Source: an uncultured Christensenellaceae bacterium
GTDB taxonomy: Bacteria; Bacillota; Clostridia; Christensenellales; UBA3700
Length of the DNA: 64,000 nt
Assembly: GCA_944376205.1 (NCBI GenBank)
Contig: CALWBV010000003.1
Coordinates: 101,678 to 165,677 of the forward strand
Direction of reading: 5' to 3'
Under the pieces are notes generated by a model. The model made no database searches and was not told the DNA's origin. It worked only from the letters and a program-made list of their open reading frames with translations. Positions 17,401 to 26,824 of this stretch are shown here, piece by piece (the first letter of the stretch is position 1; every line of letters begins with the position of its first letter). A program made the position numbers and the translations under genes.

Positions 17401-20400
17401 ATTAAAAAAATACAAGGGCAACCTTTATAATTGGTATTCGTTGGTCACAAAACAGCCTCTTGCGCCTTATTTCGTGTCGAGTGTGGATAGCGGTAATTTT
17501 GTGGCTTGCATGATATGCGCAAAACAGTTCGTAAAACAGTATGACGATAAACTTTATCGCAGAATGGCTGCTATCGTAAATGAGACGGATTTCGATACGC
17601 TGTTTGATAAAGAAGCGGGTAGATTCTATATAGGCTACAACGGTCAGGATGACAGATTCGAAGGACACTACGATATGCTTGCGTCGGAGTCGAGAATACT
17701 TTGTTATATTGCAAGCTGTCTATTGGGAAATGCGAAATATTGGAGAGGACTTGCGCAAAATATAGTTTCACTCAAAGGAAATACACTCGTTTCTTGGTCT
17801 GGTACGGCATTTGAATACCTTATGCCTCAACTTTTCATACCTGATTGCGATTATAGCGTTATTACGCAAAGCGTAAAAAACGCAGTAAATTTGATGTGCA
17901 ATACAAAATGTTCGGGACTGTGGGGTATAAGCGAAAGCTGTTATTACGAATTTAACGAAGAAAATCATTACAAATACAATGCGTTCGGTATAGGAGCATT
18001 GAGCCTAAGAGCGGCTGATGACAGATGTGTAATAAGTCCTTATTCCAGTGTACTGGCTTTAAGATATGCCCCCGAGAAAGTTATGGAAAATCTAAAAGCG
18101 CTGATATCTGACGGGATGCTTTCTACTATGGGATTTTACGAAGCATTGGATTTGTCAAAAGGTAAAGATACGGTTGCTTGTATGATGTCGCACCATCAAG
18201 GAATGATATTGTGTTCGATCATCAATGCATTGTATGACGATTATTTCGTAAGGCTTTTTATGTCTGACGATGCTATGAGAGGAGGCAGACTTTTGCTTGA
18301 AACTAAAATGCCTCAAAACAGAGCTAAAAAAGCTCAAAAAAGCGATTTTGTGTACGATACAGGCAATGAAAATTGCTATCAATACGGAGGAGAATGCAAG
18401 GGGTTTCCTGTCGTCAATGCGCTGTCAAACGGGCATTTTTCTACCGTAACAGATTCTTTCGGAAACGGTTATTCGTATTCTAAAGGAAAGTATCTAAACC
18501 GTTTTTTGGGAGATATATACCAAAATCAAGGCGGATATTTTTATATCAAAGACGATAAAGAACTTTATTCGCCCACGTTTGCGCCGTTCAGAAAAGATAA
18601 ATGTACTTTTTCATTCAGACCTTACGAAAGTGTGTATGAAAATCTCGATAAAAATTGCAAAATGAGCGTGTATATACCTCAAAATTCAAATTGCGAAATA
18701 AGAAAAATAACGGTTTATAACAAGGACAGCTACGCCAAAAAGTTTACGGTAGGATATTGCGAAGAGACGGCTTTAGCCGATTACGGCGGAATGTTTTCTC
18801 ATCCTGCGTTTGCAGATATGTTTGTATCGACTTCGTATTATCTGCCTTTGGACACTCTTATTGCAAAACGCACGTCAAGAAGTTTTGGCGGAGATTGTTA
18901 TTGTTCGCTTACCGTACTAGGAACAGACAAACATTCTTACGAGAGCAATCTTTTTAACTTCATAGGACGGGAAAGAAATTTTGATAATCCTTTGATCTTC
19001 GACACATACAAAGAAAATCCTGACGCTAGAGAATACGTAAGTATAGGCGACGTCCTCAATCCGTGTCTGGGATTTATAGGGGAAGTGGAGATTGCGGCAT
19101 TCTCTTCAAAGGACATTTATTGTATCAAATTTTTTGATACCGATCTTAATGCACTTCACAGCTCGATAAGGGAAAGTCGCAAAACCGATTTCGTAAAATA
19201 CGCATACGAAAGCGCAAGACTGACTCTTTTGTCAAAGACTTACAAGTATCAGCTCAATGACGAGATAAGCGATATTATATGCAAACTTGCGACTTCTGTA
19301 ATTTATCGCAATTACGACAGAGATAAACTGACTGCAATGGCGGACAGAAGCGGCGAGATATTGCCTATGGGACTTGACAGGGGCGTAAAATATATCTATT
19401 TTGAATATTACAATCAGGATATAATCTTGAAAAATTTGATATATGCGACGATATATCTGAATATGGCGTCCGTTAAATATACACTCGTAATAGCTTACAG
19501 ATTAAAAGGTCAGGACAATGACAGTATGCTGAAATCTTTCATTGATATTACGGGAGTCGGAGATATACTTGAGCTTGAGCAGATAAAATTCCTGCACCTC
19601 AACGGCGTAGACGAAAGTACCGTAAATTTTATAAAGACAAATGCGTTTGCCGTATATGACGAAAAACCTGTAAAAGGGGAGAAGGCTCCTTCAAAACTGA
19701 ACATTGTTCTACCTTCGGTTTGCGACGATAGGAACAGTGTTCGAATTGCTCCCGTATTTGGAAAAATTCAACCTGATATAGATATCGATTGCACATACGG
19801 CGGATTTGATGCTAAAGGAGATTTTATCGTCACAAAACAAACAAAATTGCCTTATTCAAACGTGATTTGCGGAGAATACGGCGGCTTTGTAGTTACTGCA
19901 AACGGCGGTGGATTTGATTATTTTTCAAACAGCAATTTATCTCGCTCTACAACATGGCAAAACAATCCCGTATTAGACAGCCCTTGTGAAGAAATCTATA
20001 TGTATGACGGTATGTTTGTAAGATTAAACAAGCTTAACGACGGCGGATACGTAAAACATGCGGCAGGATACACCGTTTTCAAGGGGATTGCCAACGGTAC
20101 GGAATATTCGGTCGAAGAAGATATAATTGCTGACGGAAAAGGTAAATCTATTCAAATTAATATTGCGAAATCGACACATAACAGTGATTTTGAGATAATT
20201 TTCAAACTCAATGCTATGCTTGGAGATCTGCCTAAACCGCATTTGTTATTCGATACGGCGATAGACAGCAATACCGTCAAAATTACCAATGCTTTCAACA
20301 ACAAATGCATATATATACGCACGGAATTACCGTGCGAACTTATACCTGACAAGGCTTTTTTGTGCGGAATTCGCAATGATATGAGATTGTGTGAATGCAA

Positions 20401-22042
20401 TACGGGATTTTATAATCCGTCGCATACAGTAAGAATTGCTTTTAACGGCAAAAAAACGCATAGAATAAGGATAATTCTTGCAGAAAGTTATGAATTTATC
20501 AAATCTGTCGATTTTGCAAAAGTCGATACGATGTGTAATGAAAGCAGATTGAAATTTACGTCCCTCAATAAGTTTGAACTTTGTTCAAAAAATAAAGATT
20601 TGAATATATTGTTCAACAAATGGTTGCCGTATCAAGTCGTGTCATCGAGACTCAACGGAAGATGCGGCTACTACCAGGCGGGCGGTGCAATAGGATTCAG
20701 AGATCAGCTTCAGGATTGTCTTACGATGCTTTATATAGACAGTGAAAAAGTTAGAAAGCATATTCTCGATTGTGCAGCGCATCAATATCTCGAAGGCGAT
20801 GTGCAGCATTGGTGGCATCCCGAACGGTTTGGCGTGCGTACACATATCATGGATGACAGAGTTTTTCTCGGATTTTTGACGTTTGAATATATAGAGTTTA
20901 CGGGAGACGAAAGCATACTTGACGAAAGAATAAAATACCTTATTTCGTCACCTCTTAATGCGGTCGATGAAGGAAGACTCGAAATACCTTCTGTAAGCAA
21001 AATGGGCGAAAGTCTTTTGAGTCATATTAAAAGGGCGCTCGATTCGGTATTGAGATACGGCAAAAACGGTCTGCTCCTTATCGGAGGAGGAGATTGGAAC
21101 GACGCTCTCAACGAGATAGGAATGAGGGATAAAGGCGAAAGCGTATGGCTTAGTATGTTTTGCGTGTATGTTTTGAGAAAATACGTAAAATATGTCGATT
21201 ATGAGCAGCGAAGACCGTATATAAATCATATAGATAACCTTCAGAAAGCTCTCGATAACGCTTTCAAAGAAGGTGCGTTTATTAGGGCGGTTACGGATGA
21301 TGGCGAGGAGTTGGGACGTCAGAGTTGCAAGCATTTTGCTCTCGATCTTTTATGCCAGAGTTGGAGCGTGATTGCGAATATTTCATCCAAGCAAAAACAA
21401 CGAATTGCTATGCAAAAAGCCGCTGAACTTATCGATTGCGACTATAAAATAATCAAATTGCTCGATCCGCCGCAGACTAAAAACAGATATTACGGGTATA
21501 TATCGTCTTATCCTCGAGGCGTAAGAGAAAACGGCGGTCAATATACGCATGCGGCAGTGTGGTATGCAAAGGCTTTGGCGATATCGGGAGAAAAAGTCGA
21601 TAAAGACGGGAAGAAATTGTCTGCAACAGATATTCTCGATATGCTCAATCCGATATCGAGATGTCAAAACCGAGATTTGATGCAAGCTTATATGGGTGAA
21701 CCTTACGTTTTGGCAGGAGATATCTATACTAATGCCGATAATTACGGTCGCATGGGCTGGAGTTGGTACACAGGATCGGCATCGATATTATACGATACGC
21801 TTATCCGAGATTATCTCGGCATACGCTTTTACGGCGAAAGAATGGTATTTTCAAAACCTCAACTTGACGATTGGTCGGGTACCTCGCTTATCTACAGATA
21901 TAAGGGCAGTATCTATCACTTGACATTTGTCAAGAGTCGGGAAAACGCAGTAAAGATCAACGGACTTACCGTCAAAGGCGAGATGTCGCTTAAGCTGGAG
22001 GCGGATAAGGGCAAATGCGAAGTGCTTGTTTGTTTCAGATAA
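14471..22042 (+). CDS. giant multidomain membrane glycosyltransferase/phosphorylase resembling cyclic beta-1,2-glucan synthase (GT84-like, alpha-helical glucanase-like and GH94-like domains)
   Basis: 2523 aa with N-terminal and internal TM clusters. GT motifs LLLDDDN, SHDIIEG and EERWHRGD. Middle block FTSPTNIGFALLS, VDSGNFVA, WSGTAFEYLMPQLF. C-terminal GH94-type motifs GGAIGFRDQLQD, HWWHP, GGGDWNDALN and RENGGQYTHAAVW. Confidence 0.75.
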   Translation: MLYAIIVVLFIILIILILLAKRPTRREDMLSQMNEKDFEDNVKRLAVSLRSGEVVGNIPNIAKYLKKIKRAYKVTLSKVDSKTQLYECERWLYENYHSLTLDVKQSDYKSFARLTHHKNNVRIIQLARFCVAASNCNVTGEIVEKTIKEFNSYTPLHYDEVLNLDKAFTYALIERIADICDKITLWDKLKANAIADAEPVKRLCKYDAYLYFYKHTGKYLDEKYFYKINDINPDNIDLTFTDDLVDYSVIISNCINSAKSVKDIFRDDFKIKLCSVYDIMCEDEIYNNMDLCSQYAYIGAVEKLSSLYGASERSIAEISLRLAKAYGVHFGEIIYDYRYAIKGYLHSFTPQVLKKPTTKVDQRLYATVTALLSLVFTTVSVLIFIPEITYMVFSGILSLFGSVPTARFIVKMIVGRILPERNVARMNYEKLPHEGKTMCVVSQYISTLEQAEEACQKISALAAVNEDDMLSYAILADFKTSDKEIDDSDLDIVMHMRKMLEGKENINLFVRKRILKDGKWIAKERKRGAIEALNNALISDDFKEFAYVVNPVEKPNFILLLDDDNILAPGSVKQAVNTMLHPLNAKYSIMSFDCKYRLSSLKTIWSKRYLSDSGADEYCQYGDFYYKLSGRSIFCGKGIYRLDDFTTQLKNKLPEGKILSHDIIEGAMAECGSLGIVTYEDAPDSFVSHITREERWHRGDILLMPYVFSKNVKQPFYKYVMSYNILATILPLVNIVVLIAAMLTSKALFLVPFGISFGGTYLIRYGLCLNALNYDKRLRYVVKDFIGEIVATVYDFLMLPFYAVFAIVLWVGLAIKALFDKGRLTEWKTFYSSQKTANANRHFAMILPSVFACVILGALTMNIYLMLYLGAYVATVLLTALSTKKVDNTAYVFAESDREILENIANKTLKYFETNLEENALICDNYQAFPHKQANTFTSPTNIGFALLSHIAGYRIGRKSIEDCLLGLSKSVELIEELKKYKGNLYNWYSLVTKQPLAPYFVSSVDSGNFVACMICAKQFVKQYDDKLYRRMAAIVNETDFDTLFDKEAGRFYIGYNGQDDRFEGHYDMLASESRILCYIASCLLGNAKYWRGLAQNIVSLKGNTLVSWSGTAFEYLMPQLFIPDCDYSVITQSVKNAVNLMCNTKCSGLWGISESCYYEFNEENHYKYNAFGIGALSLRAADDRCVISPYSSVLALRYAPEKVMENLKALISDGMLSTMGFYEALDLSKGKDTVACMMSHHQGMILCSIINALYDDYFVRLFMSDDAMRGGRLLLETKMPQNRAKKAQKSDFVYDTGNENCYQYGGECKGFPVVNALSNGHFSTVTDSFGNGYSYSKGKYLNRFLGDIYQNQGGYFYIKDDKELYSPTFAPFRKDKCTFSFRPYESVYENLDKNCKMSVYIPQNSNCEIRKITVYNKDSYAKKFTVGYCEETALADYGGMFSHPAFADMFVSTSYYLPLDTLIAKRTSRSFGGDCYCSLTVLGTDKHSYESNLFNFIGRERNFDNPLIFDTYKENPDAREYVSIGDVLNPCLGFIGEVEIAAFSSKDIYCIKFFDTDLNALHSSIRESRKTDFVKYAYESARLTLLSKTYKYQLNDEISDIICKLATSVIYRNYDRDKLTAMADRSGEILPMGLDRGVKYIYFEYYNQDIILKNLIYATIYLNMASVKYTLVIAYRLKGQDNDSMLKSFIDITGVGDILELEQIKFLHLNGVDESTVNFIKTNAFAVYDEKPVKGEKAPSKLNIVLPSVCDDRNSVRIAPVFGKIQPDIDIDCTYGGFDAKGDFIVTKQTKLPYSNVICGEYGGFVVTANGGGFDYFSNSNLSRSTTWQNNPVLDSPCEEIYMYDGMFVRLNKLNDGGYVKHAAGYTVFKGIANGTEYSVEEDIIADGKGKSIQINIAKSTHNSDFEIIFKLNAMLGDLPKPHLLFDTAIDSNTVKITNAFNNKCIYIRTELPCELIPDKAFLCGIRNDMRLCECNTGFYNPSHTVRIAFNGKKTHRIRIILAESYEFIKSVDFAKVDTMCNESRLKFTSLNKFELCSKNKDLNILFNKWLPYQVVSSRLNGRCGYYQAGGAIGFRDQLQDCLTMLYIDSEKVRKHILDCAAHQYLEGDVQHWWHPERFGVRTHIMDDRVFLGFLTFEYIEFTGDESILDERIKYLISSPLNAVDEGRLEIPSVSKMGESLLSHIKRALDSVLRYGKNGLLLIGGGDWNDALNEIGMRDKGESVWLSMFCVYVLRKYVKYVDYEQRRPYINHIDNLQKALDNAFKEGAFIRAVTDDGEELGRQSCKHFALDLLCQSWSVIANISSKQKQRIAMQKAAELIDCDYKIIKLLDPPQTKNRYYGYISSYPRGVRENGGQYTHAAVWYAKALAISGEKVDKDGKKLSATDILDMLNPISRCQNRDLMQAYMGEPYVLAGDIYTNADNYGRMGWSWYTGSASILYDTLIRDYLGIRFYGERMVFSKPQLDDWSGTSLIYRYKGSIYHLTFVKSRENAVKINGLTVKGEMSLKLEADKGKCEVLVCFR

Positions 22043-22056
22043 GTATTATCGACTTG

Positions 22057-22086
22057 TTGACTTGTGCGTGCGCATTAGGCTATAAT
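22057..22086 (+). promoter_or_regulatory. sigma-A promoter of rarA
   Basis: TTGACT (22057-22062), 18-nt spacer, TATAAT (22081-22086). The -10 ends 6 nt before ATG 22093. Confidence 0.6.
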
Positions 22087-22092
22087 CGAAGT

Positions 22093-23400
22093 ATGGATTT
22101 ATTCGATTTGATCAACAAAGACAAAGCGCCTCTTGCGGAAAGAATGAGACCCAAAACCCTCGACGATTTTGTGGGTCAGAGTCACATTGTCGGTAAAAAC
22201 AGTCTTTTGCGCAGGGCAATACTCACGGATTCGCTCGGAAGTTGTATATTTTACGGAGCGCCAGGATGCGGAAAGACTACTTTAGCCAACATAATCGCAA
22301 ATACTACTCATTCTAATTTTGTAAAACTGAACGCTGTTTCATCGGGTATTTCTGATGCGAAAAAAGTAATCGAGGACGCAAAACTCGAAAAAGAACGCTA
22401 CGGAATCAAGACCTATCTTCTTCTTGACGAATGTCACCGTTGGAACAAAGCACAGTCTGATTGCATGCTTGAAGCAATTGAAAAGGGCGATATTATATTT
22501 ATCGGTTCGACGACAGAAAATCCCTTTGTTTCGATGACGAGGGCTATAGTTTCACGTTGCAGAATTTTCGAATTCAAACCTTTGAGCGACGATGATATCA
22601 AAAAGACGCTTATAAAAGCAATCGGCGACAAAGAAAACGGACTAGGCGACTATAATCTCAAAGTAAGCGATGAAGCTATCAATCATTTCGTATGGGCGAG
22701 CGACGGCGATTTGCGCAATGCGCTCAACGCTCTCGAATTGGCTTGTTTGAGTACCGAAGCGGATAAGGACGGCGTAATAAACGTAGACCTCACGGTAGCG
22801 GAGCAGTCGGCTCAAAAGAAATCAATGAGTATCGACGAGAGTATGTATTACGATATGATTTCTGCATTTTGCAAGTCGTTGAGGGGAAGCGACAGCGATG
22901 CCGCTTTATATTGGGCAGAGAGACTTATACAGGCAGGTTGCGATCCGATGCTCATCTTCAGAAGGCTTATAGTTCACAGCAGCGAAGACGTGGGAATGGC
23001 AGATCCTCAGGCTTTAGTCGTAGCGGTATCTGCAATGACGGCATTTCAAAATATAGGTTTACCCGAAGGCAAAATCCCTATGTTCAATGCGATAATTTAT
23101 GTTTGCGAAGCACCTAAATCCAACAGTGTAGTCGAGGCAAAATATGCCGTTGAAAGGATTGTTTCGGAGAAAAAAGACGACGTTGTTCCCGTATATTTGA
23201 GAGATACCAATTACAAAGCTCAAAAAATTCAGGGATATAAGTATCCCCACGACTACGGCGGCTGGGTAGAACAGCAATATTTGCCCGATTCTCTTAAAGA
23301 CGAAAAATTTTATAAGCCTTCTACCAACGGCTTTGAAAAATATCTTATCCGTGCAAAAGAAATCAAAGCAAACAAGCCCGAAAACAAAAAACGCAATTGA
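22093..23400 (+). CDS. rarA: replication-associated recombination protein A (AAA+ ATPase RarA/MgsA)
   Basis: N-terminus ...APLAERMRPKTLDDFVGQ, Walker A GAPGCGKTT, LLLDECHRWNK, and the C-terminal MgsA domain (YLRDTNYKAQKIQGYKYPHDY). Confidence 0.9.
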   Translation: MDLFDLINKDKAPLAERMRPKTLDDFVGQSHIVGKNSLLRRAILTDSLGSCIFYGAPGCGKTTLANIIANTTHSNFVKLNAVSSGISDAKKVIEDAKLEKERYGIKTYLLLDECHRWNKAQSDCMLEAIEKGDIIFIGSTTENPFVSMTRAIVSRCRIFEFKPLSDDDIKKTLIKAIGDKENGLGDYNLKVSDEAINHFVWASDGDLRNALNALELACLSTEADKDGVINVDLTVAEQSAQKKSMSIDESMYYDMISAFCKSLRGSDSDAALYWAERLIQAGCDPMLIFRRLIVHSSEDVGMADPQALVVAVSAMTAFQNIGLPEGKIPMFNAIIYVCEAPKSNSVVEAKYAVERIVSEKKDDVVPVYLRDTNYKAQKIQGYKYPHDYGGWVEQQYLPDSLKDEKFYKPSTNGFEKYLIRAKEIKANKPENKKRN

Positions 23401-23656
23401 CTTGGGATTTGTTGACAGCCGACCGCATTATTTTATACGAAATGTTTTTTAATTACATGTCGAGTGTAAAACGTTATTGACCTCAATAAAGCGGACGTAA
23501 TGATAAAGTCATTCGTTCGCTTTTCTGATAGAAAGGGGCTTTTTTAGATTAAAATAATCAGCCTGAATTAGATAAAAAATAGACTTATTGAATATAAAAA
23601 TATTGGATTTTATGCAATTTTTACATAAAATCGCTATACATTGCAAAATATCGGTA

Positions 23657-23685
23657 TTGATTTCATCTTTACTATTATGTATAAT
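23657..23685 (+). promoter_or_regulatory. sigma-A promoter of the ABC transporter pair
   Basis: TTGATT (23657-23662), 17-nt spacer, TGtTATAAT extended -10 (23677-23685). Confidence 0.55.
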
Positions 23686-23728
23686 CAATGTAAAGGAAAG
23701 AGCTTTCCTAAAACAAAAAGGAGCATTT

Positions 23729-24529
23729 ATGTCAAATAAAATACTGTCAATAGACAATTTAAGCAAAAAATACAGAGGTAACGAAAAATACTCTGTAAAA
23801 GATCTTTCGTTTGAAGTCAACGAAGGAGAACTCTACGCATTTCTCGGACCTAACGGAGCAGGTAAGAGTACTACGATAAAATGTATAGTCGGAGCTCTTC
23901 CTTATTCCGAAGGAAATATAAGCGTATGCGGCTATAATTTGCACGATAATCCCGTAGCGGCAAAGAAAAATATAGGATATGTTCCGGATAATCACTTCCT
24001 GTATGAAGGTATGACGGCGAATGAATATATTGATTTTATGGCAGACATATACGGAGTAGGAGTCAACGACCGAAACGCTAGAAGAAAAAAATATCTCGAA
24101 CTGTTTTCTCTTGAAGATTCTCAAGATAAACTTTTGAGCAGTTTTTCTCACGGTATGAAACAGAAAGTTTGCGTTATCGGCGCTTTGATTCACAATCCTA
24201 AACTTTGGATATTGGATGAGCCTCTTACCGGTCTCGATCCTATGTCGGCATACAATCTAAAAGAGCTTATGAGAGAACATTGCAAAGAGGGTAACAGCGT
24301 ATTCTTCTCATCGCACATAATCGAAGTCGTTGAAAAACTTTGCGACAAAGTCGCAATCATAGATAAAGGAAGACTTTTGGTTAGCGGAAGCATGGAGGAA
24401 ATCAGGGCTAAAGACGACGACAACAGTCTCGAAGATTTCTTTATTTCCGTTACGCAAAAAGAAAGCGATGCGCAAAAAGTCGCTTCTCTCGGGATTGATG
24501 AGGAAAGCGGCAAAGACTTTATTGACTGA
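23729..24529 (+). CDS. ABC transporter ATP-binding protein
   Basis: AAAGGAG SD then ATG 23729. Walker A GPNGAGKST, signature FSHGMKQK, Walker B LWILDEP. Confidence 0.9.
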   Translation: MSNKILSIDNLSKKYRGNEKYSVKDLSFEVNEGELYAFLGPNGAGKSTTIKCIVGALPYSEGNISVCGYNLHDNPVAAKKNIGYVPDNHFLYEGMTANEYIDFMADIYGVGVNDRNARRKKYLELFSLEDSQDKLLSSFSHGMKQKVCVIGALIHNPKLWILDEPLTGLDPMSAYNLKELMREHCKEGNSVFFSSHIIEVVEKLCDKVAIIDKGRLLVSGSMEEIRAKDDDNSLEDFFISVTQKESDAQKVASLGIDEESGKDFID

Positions 24530-24540
24530 AGGAGCAGAGT

Positions 24541-26259
24541 ATGAGTACCTTTTTATGTCTTACCAAAAGATTGGCGAAAAATACTCTCAAACCGACTTTT
24601 GCAGACGATAAAGAAAAGAAAAAATATATTGCTACGGTCATAGTGCTTATAGTGTGTTTCGGCATACCTGTGGTAATGAGCATTATCGGAGCATACGGAC
24701 TTATAAAGTCCGCAGTTGAACTCGGCTATATTGAGGAAGTATATTCGCTCATTTTTCTTTCGGCGCAGATAGTAACGATATTTTTCGGACTTTTCGCATA
24801 CGTCAATGTGATGTATTTTAGCAAAGATAACGAGTTTTTGTTTACCTTACCGATTAAGAGCGTAACGGTATTCTGGGCGAAATTATTTGTGGTGCTTATA
24901 TACGAATTGTTGTTTTCGGCTATTATCATTTTGCCGATGTGCGTTGTCGGTGCCGTTGCGATAATTTCATCGGGTATGTCGTTGAGTGCGGCTTATGTCG
25001 TGATGACTGTTTTGGCGGTATTCCTTTTACCGCTCATGGCGATATTGGTAGTTGCGCTTCTGTCATATCCGCTTATGCTGATATTCAGATTTTTCAAAAA
25101 ACATCCGACAGTCGGAGCCGTAATAGCTATTTTGTTTGTTGTTGCAATATATATGATTATATATATTCCTATACTCGTGAATACGCAAAGCGTGGACGTA
25201 ACGGATAGCTCGGGAGATATAAGCGGCGAGATAAGCGGAGACGCTTCAACAGACGATAATATAAGCGCTACAGAACTTTATTCTAAAATTTTGCCTACGA
25301 TAAGTAAGGTCGGAAATTATTCGTATCATACATTGTTTTTGGCAAAATCCATGCTGGGCGGAGACGGTATCCGCGCATTCGGATATGCGATGGCATTTTT
25401 AGGAATCGTCGCAGGCTTGACTGCGCTCGGAACACTTTTTGCCATGCTTCTCTATAAAAAACTTTCATACGAAGTACTTGAAAGCGGCGGAAGCGTAGGT
25501 AGTAAAAAACAGAAAAAACCTGCGGTGCAGTTGAGTGCAGACAAGGCTTTGTTCAGACGTGAAGTAAAGAGTGTATTCAAAAATACCACGTTGCTCATTC
25601 AGGCAGGTATGATAACCGTTTTGCCTCCTATTCTCGTATTTTTCTTGTGCAAAATGAGTTTTTCATCGGCAGAACAATCCGCAAATTCGGTTTTTGTCGC
25701 CGTCGGTATTGCAGAAATGCTTATCAAGTTGATGGGCGTATCCAACTTGTCGGCAACAATAGCGATATCGAGAGAGGGCGAAGGTATATTTATGCTCAAG
25801 ACGTATCCGGTCGACTACGATAAACTCGTTGACGTCAAATTGCGTTTTGCAAATATAATGTCATGGGTCACGGTAGGATTGTCAACGGTTGCCTTTATGC
25901 TTACGGGTGTCGCCAATATAGTTTCGGTAATAGGACTTTTCGCAGGAAACATGCTGTATATGGCGGCAATGAACAGATATTCTTTGTATCGTGATCTCAA
26001 AAAACCCAAGGTGCATTGGAAAAATATCGTAGAAATTACCAACAACAACATCTCGACGCTCATACCTATGTTGGTCGGAAGTGCGGGCGGAGTATTCATA
26101 ATGATCGCTGCGGTAGCTGTGGCTCTTTTGCCGATAAACACATATCTTGTCGCATTGATTTACTGTGTGATTACTGTCGGGGTCAGTCTGATTTATTATT
26201 TTGCGATAAAGGCAAAGACAAAAGACAATATTGCAGAATTGTTCGAGCGTATAGAGTAA
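24541..26259 (+). CDS. multi-pass membrane protein, putative ABC exporter permease partner
   Basis: 572 aa with 10 or more hydrophobic helices. It starts 12 nt after the ATPase gene. A central Ser/Asp-rich loop (SSGDISGEISGDAS) is present. No specific family was recognised. Confidence 0.55.
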   Translation: MSTFLCLTKRLAKNTLKPTFADDKEKKKYIATVIVLIVCFGIPVVMSIIGAYGLIKSAVELGYIEEVYSLIFLSAQIVTIFFGLFAYVNVMYFSKDNEFLFTLPIKSVTVFWAKLFVVLIYELLFSAIIILPMCVVGAVAIISSGMSLSAAYVVMTVLAVFLLPLMAILVVALLSYPLMLIFRFFKKHPTVGAVIAILFVVAIYMIIYIPILVNTQSVDVTDSSGDISGEISGDASTDDNISATELYSKILPTISKVGNYSYHTLFLAKSMLGGDGIRAFGYAMAFLGIVAGLTALGTLFAMLLYKKLSYEVLESGGSVGSKKQKKPAVQLSADKALFRREVKSVFKNTTLLIQAGMITVLPPILVFFLCKMSFSSAEQSANSVFVAVGIAEMLIKLMGVSNLSATIAISREGEGIFMLKTYPVDYDKLVDVKLRFANIMSWVTVGLSTVAFMLTGVANIVSVIGLFAGNMLYMAAMNRYSLYRDLKKPKVHWKNIVEITNNNISTLIPMLVGSAGGVFIMIAAVAVALLPINTYLVALIYCVITVGVSLIYYFAIKAKTKDNIAELFERIE

Positions 26260-26277
26260 TTTCCAAAGCGCAAAGAC

Positions 26278-26306
26278 TTGACAAAAGCAAAACTATTTAG
26301 GATAAT
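26278..26306 (+). promoter_or_regulatory. sigma-A promoter of ruvX
   Basis: TTGACA (26278-26283), 17-nt spacer, GATAAT (26301-26306). The -10 ends 6 nt before ATG 26313. Confidence 0.6.
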
Positions 26307-26312
26307 TTACGT

Positions 26313-26717
26313 ATGAAATATTTGGCGATAGATTTAGGCGACAGCCGAACGGGTATAGCGATAAGCGAAAGCGGTATAATCGCAAGCGGTTACGAGACGT
26401 ATAAAAGAGTCGATATGCAAAAGGACCTCGAGCATATTGCGCAACTTGTCAAACAGTTCAAAATTGACGTCGTAGTATTCGGACTTCCTCTCAATATGGA
26501 CGGAACAAAGGGAGACAGAGTGCAGAAAACTTACGATTTCGCAGAGGCGCTCAAACCTTTGATTGACGCAAAAATAGACTATGAAGACGAGAGACTTACC
26601 ACTGTTGTTGCAGAAGAAATGCTTATCGACAGCGGTATGAGAAGAGATAAGCGCAAAAAAGTTATCGATAAGATTGCGGCTACTATAATACTTCAGGCTT
26701 ATCTCGACAGACAATAG
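26313..26717 (+). CDS. ruvX: Holliday-junction-resolvase-like nuclease RuvX/YqgF
   Basis: MKYLAIDLGDSRTGIAISE N-terminus, ...VVFGLPLNMDGT..., ...DERLTTV...; 134 aa. Confidence 0.9.
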   Translation: MKYLAIDLGDSRTGIAISESGIIASGYETYKRVDMQKDLEHIAQLVKQFKIDVVVFGLPLNMDGTKGDRVQKTYDFAEALKPLIDAKIDYEDERLTTVVAEEMLIDSGMRRDKRKKVIDKIAATIILQAYLDRQ

Positions 26718-26758
26718 TTTTCGGTATCGATAACATTTGTCGTATAAAAAACATTCAA

Positions 26759-26790
26759 GGCGGGTATGAATTTACCCGTCTTTTGTATTT
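26759..26790 (+). terminator. intrinsic terminator after ruvX
   Basis: GGCGGGTA (26759-26766) pairs with TACCCGTC (26773-26780) with one G-U, followed by TTTTGTATTT. Confidence 0.65.
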
Positions 26791-26824
26791 GCGAATACAA
26801 GATTTGTTTGCTTTGTCAAAACAC

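Noticed and set aside
22015-22092. Some track ORFs have upstream-extended starts: rarA 22015, murA 3865, sigG 10951, spoIIGA 8513, the ABC ATPase 23588, spoIIIAA 57908, yajC 33495.
   Set aside because: The extensions lack SDs, run through promoter-like or terminator sequences, and add residues not found at the conserved family N-termini. Internal ATGs with an SD or promoter context were preferred.
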